A stretch of 64,000 bases of DNA, from NCBI RefSeq assembly GCF_040938485.1, contig NW_027272318.1:62001-126000 (forward strand), given 5' to 3'. The stretch's first letter is position 1; every line of letters starts with the position of its first letter. Source of the DNA: Diadema antillarum. Its lineage: Eukaryota. Under the pieces are notes generated by a model. It was given only the letters and a program-made list of their open reading frames with translations, ran no database searches and was not told the origin of the DNA. A program made the position numbers and the translations under genes. Shown in pieces: positions 15,001-23,500 of the stretch.

Positions 15001-18000
15001 GGTATGAATATTTCTTATGAATAAAATATTAATTCTAATTATTGTTAATTAATATTCCGATTTCCGATTGTCTGGTTTGGCGACTGTATGCCGGTACCTA
15101 CAAATCCCGTTGTGAACACATCGTGACGTTGTGTTGAAAACTACTTGCTGGTAATGTGTTGTATGTCCGACTGCACGTGCGCAGCTACCGACGCTAGTTT
15201 CCCATGTATAATGTATGCATGCACATGGGCATTTAAATGATCAAAAACAAAACGGCAAGTGCTTTAATATTCAAGGAACGGTTGAATAAAACTAACAACA
15301 AAACTCTATAAACAAAACAAAACAAAAACAAACGAAAAAAAAATAATTGTGAAACAGTGGAAACGAAATTATCAAAGATACTTCTTTCGATCGCATCTAA
15401 ATGATATTCCCATTTTTAAAATCCTTATGATCAAATGATTTATAAAATAAACTTGAAAATGGCTCCCGTAAGCGAGTACTGCAGCAATTTTAAAGACTGG
15501 TCGCACTACAGTTATAGAGTATGCAGTGCTGATAGTTTAACCAAACTGTGTTTGATTTTATGAATCATTGTATCTATGAGGGTGAGCTCTCACCTGTAGG
15601 TCCGGCGGTAGCACGCCCGTCATCGTGGAGTCAAGTGAGGGGAGAGGCCAGTGCTATGGTAAGAAAAGTTACCAGAACTTCTCACATGATGGCCCACACG
15701 CATGCTTCATTAATTGGTCGGTGAATGATGATATCACATTTGTTTTATTGGTTATTGCATCATAAGCGCATCATAAGCAGAAACAAATTACATGCGTACT
15801 TCTTTAGAAGTGTTACACGTGTGCCACATCAATTCTGTTTGAATCTAGATGCAAGTATACTAACCAAACTACATCTGTTAATTTCATAAAGATGACCTCC
15901 AAGAACTGATGGATGCTCACATTCAGGAAATGAAGGAGTTGCGTAATGAAGGCCAAAACGAACAAGGTAAGCAACGTTACACATAAAAGTAACATTGATA
16001 TATTGCCACCAATCTGATTCAGTATTAATATCACACTGCATATTTGTCTTTCTCTCTGTGAAACTGGAACATTTCTTAACAGTTTTTGATATATTTTCTT
16101 TCCTTGTCTTATGGCACAGATCCCAACAGCACAATCGAAGCTGAGCAAGGTAAGATCGTACGATGTGTAGGATAATGGCAGCCCTGAAATAGGCCCTCCA
16201 ATCTTCCCTGAATCATTATTAATGCTCAACAATGATTCTGCATGTTGCGTTGGCAAGAGGAGCTGATATGGTGCACTTGCGTTACCACGAACGACATATT
16301 GTTACAACGTCGAAGCACATGCAAAAATTAAGATCTAAAAATAAACGTCATTGAGTCCCTCAAAAGTAAAACATTTATAGCTAAATTTTCGATTTAACGA
16401 AGTAATTTCCGGGCGACATTGAAAAAGAAAAATGAACGAAATTTATTCTATAAGGCCCTATAACGAAATGCGGGACGCTTACGATATACAGTATGACTTC
16501 AGCATAAGAAAAATTTAGCGAGCGTCTCTTTGTTGAAGAACGCATCACATTTTTGTGGGTTTAAATAGAAATCGCTCTGCGTTTCAGAGAACTTGCATTA
16601 GGCCATATTATAAGATAATCCGAAATGAAATAACGATCGTTTTTTCCGAAGGTTCGTAATTCCAAAACACACAAATTCTGTTTGCAGTGTACCTAGATGT
16701 TCGTTGCAAATCCGAAATAAACTACTGTCCGTCATTGCGACATAGTTTGTATGGCATATGACGTTACTGCGAAGATTCATTTTTCCTTGCATTCAGTAAT
16801 CCGAAAATGAAATAAGGTTCGCTATTACGAATGTTCCTTAACCTAAAAATGTTTGGAATCTTTGTGTTTCAAGGTTCGTTAATCGGAAATGAAAATCGTT
16901 TGTTAATCCGAAAATGAAGATGTGATTATAGGACTGCTAACAAAAACATACATCATTGTTTTTAGACCAACAAGTCTTCAGATAATGAACCGTTTTCATT
17001 TAAGGATGAACGATCTTTTTTATGAACAATGAACCTTATTTCCATTTTATGATAAACGAAATGAAATAACATTTTCTCATTGACGGATGAACAAACCTTC
17101 GGAAAAAACGAATGATACCGGTACTTCATTTCGGATTAATGGACTTCCAGCATAGCAAACCTTAAATTTCCTTTTCATATAAAAAGAACCTTTCATTGAA
17201 GATGAACAAACCTTCGGAAAAATCGAATGATACTTCATTTCGGATTAATGGACTTTCAGAATAACAAACCATAAATTTCCTTTTCATTTAAAAAAGAACC
17301 TTTTGAACAACTGTTACGAACCTTGGGAATAGCGAGCCGTAAAACCGACGACCCGTCGAAACGGCAAACCTTTTATAGTACAACGGACATTAGGAACAAC
17401 GAACCTTTAGAATAGTACTCGAATCCTCAACTACTTTGATGTGATTTCAAACTATAAGCATGAAGTACAAACAACTTTCTCTATTAAATGTACAATATCG
17501 ATGAAATTAAAGTGATAGCATTGCATTTAATATTGCTTTTTAGCGTATTATGAGTAGTCGATAATCACATATTTGAGTGTTTGTTTTTTTTTGTGTTGTT
17601 GTACACAAAATTTTGATACAACGAAACAAAACTGCCGATCCCAAAGACTTTGTTCTAACGTCAGTACACTGTACTTCGGCAAGATACCTTTTAGTGTGCA
17701 GATGTGTTTATTTCATGTATAATTCTGCCCACTACACTCTAAACTGCCGAGTTACTTTTGTTGTACACATTAATTATACTATAGTATTAATTTGTTCTTC
17801 TCTTTGATTTAGGGAATGATCTTGGTGGACAGAACACGACAGCAGTTCTAGAAATTGATGTTGAAGGGCACATGTTCATGCAAGTTGGGCTACTCTCAAT
17901 TCATGTTCGCATGTTCGGCTTGCTCCTCACGAATGTCGGCTTTCCCGGCGGCTCTCAGTACCAGTGTCACGGCGTCATGAAGCATAGCTTGCACTTGTTG

Positions 18001-20108
18001 TCATGCAATTAACATCCAGAATTACTGCTCAATGACTTTCCTTCAGCTTGTTCTTGATGGGAATGATGCTGTAACCTTTACTTCTCATGAATTAATTCTG
18101 TAGAAAAAGAAAATGACATTTTTATTTCGAAACGGGGAAAACTTGTGTGATATCAAAGTAAGATCATAAAGTGTACGCATAATGTTAAAATATTGTGTAC
18201 TTGACCAACGGTGTTGTTTATAATGTTAAGGGACATTCCTTCCTGATATGTTGCTGTGTATGAACAGCTATGTGCTTAGCATCTGCCCATTCTGTTTGTA
18301 ACTGAAAAAAAGTCACCAAACTATCTTTTTCCGAGGACAAAAGATAAAAAGTCTTGACATCAGCTCCTATAATAAAGTCATACTTTTGTTTGTGCCCTCC
18401 TCGGCAACTCCAAGGCCAAGCTCTGTCTGTGCCAAACCGTTTGGTAACTGTTTAATAACAATTAAAGTGCAATTTCACGTTCAATACTCTAAAATCTTTT
18501 ACAATTTACTAAGTTTATTATTATGTCTGTTATACTTAAATTGTCACTGATCTATTTGTTTCTCTTTTTTTTTTGCTTTCCAGTACGTTATCTTACTGCT
18601 GAATGTTTCATTATTCTAGGCGTACAATGTAATTAGGCTTTTAGTCTTTTTTTTTTGTATTATAATTCTAGTCTATAGCATTATTGTCAGCACAGAAAGG
18701 ATACATGCATGTATCGTGTACTGTGATACCTGTGCCTATTTTTGTTTAAAAGCTGATTTTTTTTTTTGTCTATAGAATTGGAAATAAAATGTGAAGATTT
18801 GTGTGTGTGTGCGTTTGTGATTAATTGGTACCGGTACCTGATTTCTTGGCGCTTGTTTTGTTTGTTTGTTTGTTCTTAATGTATGATAACAATTTCCTGG
18901 CATTTGGGTATCTCAAACACCCCCAGTTACACATGCATACCCACACAAGACTTCTAATACATGCAGGTTTCGTCAGCGCTATAACATTGAATGGAAAATA
19001 CTAAATGTGTGTCGTTTTCAATTAAAAATTGTAGTAATTAAATGATAGACGTAAACTGACGTGAAACTCGTCTGCCTTTCACATACAAGTCAACATGCTA
19101 CAATAGGCCGCTTGCAAGAATTATTCACAATTTACAGTATATCCTGAAACGTCCATGAATCCAAGCTCATCTAGATCTAGAGATCTTCTAAATTTTACAT
19201 AGATCTACAATTGTAGGTACAATGTTATGCTTGTAGCTGTATAAACATCACAATGATAGTAGGACATCGATACTCACATTTAGGTTGAAGAGCATTTCAC
19301 TAATACCATGATCCATATTGGTCCTAGAAACGCAAAATTTGCTCGACTTGATGTCGCAATGCGCAGCATGCAGCGGTACAACGAAGGTACATTTGTACAG
19401 TGTATTACATGTATAGAGATAGCCCGATATCATACATGTATTACATGTATGTCAGCTTCAACTTACAACAAAACATATGCATGGGCACACAGAAAACGGT
19501 GAAAGCAGTGATCTCTGTTTATTGCACATCGTCCTTATTTACGAGGGTCAAAGCAAGAAGCAGTCAACAGTCGCGCTTTTGCGTCCTTACTTTTGGGGAC
19601 AATCATAGTTTTCTAAGCTTATATCGGTTTTTAAGGACGCGTCCTCATTTATCGGGACGCCGTTCGCCGAGAAGTCGGCAGCTTGTGACGTCGTCACCGT
19701 ATACGAAGACGACCCTCATAAATATACAAATACGATCCTCATTCTCGGACCAGCACCCCTACTGACTATACAGACCGATCTTTCGGTCAAGTTGGAAAGG
19801 TGAAACAACTTCTTCATTTATTTACTGTACGAACAACAAAATACATTTATCGTTTACGAGTACAATTATACCTCCATCGTCCATTCTACTTGCTTCTCTG
19901 ACTCCAGGGGGTTGCTTGCTGTTACACCATCTCCTCTCTGCAGTTGCTGCTGTTGATTTGCAGCAAGTGCTGCGGTGTTCGCTGCCAGTTGCTTCACCAC
20001 AGATACGGCGACATCTTTCCCCACGGCTTCGGGGAATGTATGCAGGACGCTCTGGTTACTTTGGTCAGTCTCTATGGCCTCTTGAAGCGAGGCCCAGCCG
20101 GAATACAT
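1..20108 (-). CDS. RALGAPB: Ral GTPase-activating protein subunit beta, 5' part (first 10 coding exons; continues beyond base 1)
   Basis: Exons in transcript order: 20108-19872, 12995-12800, 11788-11624, (acceptor in N gap, >9851)-9624, 8594-8340, 7236-6712, 3678-3389, 3040-2898, 2295-2198, 120-<1. All visible sites are GT-AG with compatible phases. The peptides [95 protein letters not shown] and ISFLSLK match human RALGAPB as I recall it. Confidence 0.95.
198..495. mobile_element. PIF/Harbinger-like MITE
   Basis: TIR GGCCCTGTTTCATGAAGCT / AGCTTTATGAAACAGGGCA; CTG direct repeat at 195-197 and 496-498. Confidence 0.65.
1240..1621. mobile_element. Kolobok-like MITE (TTAA|AGG...CCT|TTAA), family A
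   Basis: TTAA on both sides; nearly the same sequence recurs at 55379-55753 and 62816-62998. Confidence 0.8.
1811..2052. mobile_element. TA-flanked MITE, related family
   Basis: Ends GGCGTATACAG|TA and has TTCGCGAA motifs; the left terminus is decayed. Confidence 0.55.
2360..2578. mobile_element. MITE with telomere-like (CCTAA(C/T)) interior, copy 1
   Basis: Subterminal TIR TTTGCTCCTG/CAGGAGCAAA, AT|GG...CC|AT flanks and an AACCCTAATCCTAA interior; the reverse-orientation copy is at 34469-34677. Confidence 0.65.
7512..7881. mobile_element. Kolobok-like MITE
   Basis: TIR AGGTATTGTTTACCATT / AATGGTAAATAACGCCT with TTAA on both sides. Confidence 0.7.
8631..9202. mobile_element. Kolobok-like MITE
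   Basis: TTAA|AGGACAAGTTCACCC...GGGTGATTTTGTCCT|TCAA, with long internal inverted similarity and a decayed right TSD. Confidence 0.65.
9852..10101. other. Assembly gap (250 N) hiding the acceptor and first bases of RALGAPB exon 4
   Basis: N run directly abutting coding sequence. Confidence 0.95.
11030..11472. mobile_element. MITE with GGCGTTTTCACATCAG TIRs (Harbinger-like termini)
   Basis: Perfect 16-bp TIR, TA on both sides, and multiple internal AATAGCGCG/AATTAGCGCG motifs. Confidence 0.75.
14227..14394 (+). promoter_or_regulatory. Promoter-like segment: inverted CCAAT pair, CAAAATGGCG motif and exon donor
   Basis: 29-bp arms at 14227-14255 and 14286-14314 (26/29) each contain CCAAT/ATTGG. 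CAAAATGGCG (YY1/initiator-like) is at 14314-14323 and a GTGAGT donor at 14389. Confidence 0.45.
14910..18012 (+). CDS. Predicted nested five-exon ORF of unknown function (151 aa), antisense in RALGAPB intron 1 and inside a TIR element
   Basis: Exons: 14910-15001, 15600-15658, 15892-15966, 16120-16149, 17813-18012; 456 nt with no internal stop. Donors are GTATGA, GTAAGA, GTAAGC and GTAAGA; a TACTAAC branch-like motif lies upstream of 15892; AATAAA is at 18371. I recognise no homologue and there is no transcript evidence. Confidence 0.45.
16610..17410. repeat. Foldback-type repeat with reiterated AAGGTTCG/CGAACCTT and TCCGAAAATGAA motifs and a 115-bp tandem duplication
   Basis: The motifs occur in opposite orientation in the two halves; the duplicated unit starts at 17086 and 17201. 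Boundaries are approximate. Confidence 0.6.
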
Positions 20109-20544
20109 CTTCAGTCGTTAGACCAATGCAATAGTATTGTACTGTATACCATGACAAACGACAAACGACCGGAAAATATAATTATTTTATGTTTTTCAAT
20201 CCGGGTGGTTCTCATTCTATGTCTTCCGTGAAGTTAGCTCTGACCTCTACTCTCTAGGCTTAGCTGCGCGATCCTTTATGATTAGACTGCTAATTAAGCG
20301 GTCTGCTCTTAAGCACAACAAAAATCGATGCAATAAAGAAAATAGTACAATAATTATATTTAAAATTCATTTAATATACTTTTTAAATTTATCAATAACA
20401 GTCAACTCACTGTTGCGGCAAACTAACTCTTTTGAAAATAAAATAATTTTTGAAAACGACTGGGATGTCTTGTTTAGCATTGTTTTTGCAATTTCTGCGG
20501 AAAAGTGAAGTCGTCTGAAGTCAGTGAAGACACAAGTAAGAAAA
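20109..20544. promoter_or_regulatory. Bidirectional promoter region RALGAPB/ARPIN
   Basis: The divergent start codons are only 436 nt apart. Transcription start sites were not mapped. Confidence 0.7.
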
Positions 20545-23500
20545 ATGTCTCGCATCTACCATAATGAAGCGCTGCTTTCTGTTCCTGTAGAAAACCAGTC
20601 TTGGCCAAGCCAGTGGAAACCTGATGATTTTCAAAGGCAAGGAGTACAAAGCAAGAACCGACTTTGGTGGATCTTTTACCCTCTGTCGGATAGGATCTGC
20701 CCATTTCCTATACACGGTCCCATACGTTCAGGATGGAGTTGGGAGAGTGTGAAAGGCTGAAGTAAAGGACCGGAGTAACTGCACTGTCTACCACTCTCCT
20801 CTCTCTCTGTCTGTCTCTCTTTTGTAATTCAGTATTTTTAGATTCAAGAAAAAACTGCAAATATCGAAGAACCTTTTCTATAGGTACTTTTTAGAATGTT
20901 ATGCATTCTCTAGATAATATGGTTTACCCAATGGCAATTGTCATCATTGCATTGGTCCAGTGGCAGTACTGCAGTAGTGAGGTTATTTTTTTTTCTAAGT
21001 TACAGTAAATTTAAATTTAGAATTAGTGTATCATACTCAATCTTATTTCTTTCTTGTTTTTATCTGTATGCGTTTTGTAGTATTAGTCATAGGTGTGTGT
21101 GTGTGTATGTATGTTTGTGTGTGCATCACACCTGATAATGCATGTAATGATTAGCATAGATGCCAAGTTCAAAAATTTTTTTATGAGTGAGATTTTCATG
21201 ACTCAGCATCTCGGCACGTGCACATGTGCGTGAGTGAGGGAGCGAAGCGACTGAGCGAGGGGAGGGTGTGGGAGGGGGGTGTCCGCCCCGAATCCGGTCA
21301 AAACGTCCCCGGGTCAAAACGTCCCCACTGTGTTCCAACCAAAACGTCCCCGGGTCAAGTACTGGTACCAGAACGTCCCCGCTTTTGCATTACAGCTCGC
21401 AACTCTGTGAAGTCACCCAGATTTTGTTGTTTTTGCTTTCACTAAATCTTTTTTTTTTTCAAATGGGTATGAATCGTTCTGACCTTACATCACATTCTCC
21501 ATGATCTAATTATTTATTTTGATATGAACAAAGTGACAATTATTACGCAAAGGGCACAAATTCTACTCACGTTTCGCCATGGTCGAGTTCGGTTTGTTGT
21601 TGACAATTCTATCTCGCGTACGTATTCTCATCACAAGACTCTAGAAATATGCTGGCTTGCTGCTCTAAATAACAAAATTCTATTTTCACAGTTACCATTA
21701 TGAATTGATAAGTGATACTTGTATGAACATAGATTTCATAAAAATTTATGACATAGAACATTTTGACTCGAGGACATTTTGGTGCCAGCTGGGCCCAGGG
21801 ACGTTTTGGTCGTACCCGAGGACGTTTTGGCTCGGGGACGTTTTGACGTGGGGACGTTATGACCAGTAAGCGTCCGCCCTCCCACGGTAGGGAGCTTTTT
21901 CAATTCTTGGCTCTTAATGGTGCAAGCTGGTGCATACTTAAGTGACTATTTTTTGCTTATTTTGAAAGACAAAAGGGAAATATGCCTTCAATTGCAACTC
22001 TCACTTTAATCCTTTAAGCTATGCTCCCAATGCGTGAGAAAAATGGGTGTCATGCGTGAGATCGTGAGACAGACTTTAAATGCTTGAGTCTTACTCACAA
22101 TGCATGAGACTTGGTAGCTCTGGATTAGTCATTTTGATGGTTGCGTCATATCACTTCATTTTAGACTAGAACATGAAGAATGTATGCATGAATTAAATCT
22201 ATTGTATTTTCTTCATTAACGTCTGTCTGGATGGAAGGACTTATGTTCTCAATTGCAAGTTGTTTTGTTAAGTTTCTGTAATTTTTGTCTTTGTTTTCAC
22301 TACAGTGGGACTGGTGCACTAATTGAAGGAAAAATAGAAGCAAGATCGAAGCATGTCATTACAGATTCCAAGCAACAAAAGGTATGTCACAGAAAATCCC
22401 CTCTCACCTCATATCCATTTGTTGTCCCCGCCGAACGAGTTCGAGCAGGGGACTATGAAACGGGCTCCGTACGTGTGTGTGTCCGTGTGTCCGTCCGTCC
22501 ATCCGTCCGTCTGTCTGTGCGTCCGTGTGTGATCAAAATGTTCAATTTGCTACTTCTCTGTCATTTATGAGCCAATTTTGATTCTGTTTGCTTTATATGA
22601 TAGCACTACATGGGAGCTTTGAAATTGCTACACAGAATTTTAGTTGTGACCTTTGACCTTGACCTTTGACCTATATTGTACATTTTGCTTCAAAATGCTA
22701 CTCCTTGGCCATTTCTAACCCGATTTCGATTCCGTCTGCTTTATATGATGGCACTAGGTGAGGGCTTCAAAGATCCTACACAGAATTTTGACCTTTGACT
22801 TCTTTGACCTTTGACCTTGATTTTTGACCTGCATTGTACATTTTGTTACAAAATGCTACTCCTTCGCCATTTCTAACCCAATTTCACTTCGGTTTGCTTT
22901 ATGTGATGGCACTAGGTGAGGGCTTCAAAACTTCTACACAGAATTTTGACCCTTGACTTCTTTGACCTTTGACCTTGATTTTTGACCTATATTGTACATT
23001 GGCTACAAAATGCTACTCCTTCGCCATTTCTAACCCGATTTTGATTCCGTTTTCTTTATGTGATGGCACTAGGTGAGGGCTTCAAAACTTCTACACAGAA
23101 TTTTGACCTTTGACTTCTTTGACCTTTGACCTTGATTTTTGACCTGCATTGTACATTTTGCTACAAAATGCTACTCCTTCGCCATTTCTAACCCAATTTC
23201 ACTTCCGTTTGCTTTATGTGATGGCACTAGGTGAGGGCTTCAAAACTTCTTCACAGAATTTTGACCCTTGACTTCTTTGACCTTTGACCTTGATTTTTGA
23301 CCTATATTGTACATTGGCTACAAAATGCTACTCCTTCGCCATTTCTAGCCCGATTTTGATTCCGTTTTCTTTATGTGATGGCACTAGGTGAGGGCTTCAA
23401 AATTTCGACACAGAATTTTGACCTTTGACTTCTTTGACCTTTGACCTTGATTTTTGACCTATATTGTACATTGGCTACAAAATGCTACTCCTTCGCCATT

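Larger units (their letters stand above)
14631..19764. mobile_element. 5,134-bp non-autonomous DNA transposon with 33-bp TIRs and 5-bp TSD
   Basis: TIR CAGTAGGGGTGCTGGTCCGAGAATG(C/A)GGATCGT at 14631-14663 and, inverted, at 19732-19764 (32/33 identical). The direct repeat ACTAT is at 14626-14630 and 19765-19769. Confidence 0.88.
13888..19788. mobile_element. Mutator-like non-autonomous element (about 762 bp once the nested 5.1-kb insertion is removed)
   Basis: Terminal inverted repeats 13888-13906 vs 19770-19788 (17/19) and 13943-13962 vs 14560-14579 (18/20); G...C termini. The direct repeat AAGTTGGAAAG is at 13875-13885 and 19789-19799, with 2 extra nt (TA) on the left side. Confidence 0.7.

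Noticed and set aside
17940-18005. GG....CHGV (plus strand, KDZ-transposase-like) and HDNKCKLC (minus strand, RAG1/Chapaev zinc-finger-like) motifs
   Set aside because: They are too short to be significant, the spacing is imperfect, and the minus-strand motif is bracketed by stops.
14631-19764. Calling the 5-bp-TSD element a RAG-like/Transib transposon
   Set aside because: The termini read CAGTAGG, not a CAC heptamer, and no RAG1/Transib core or RAG2-like sequence is recognisable; only TSD length and layout are suggestive.
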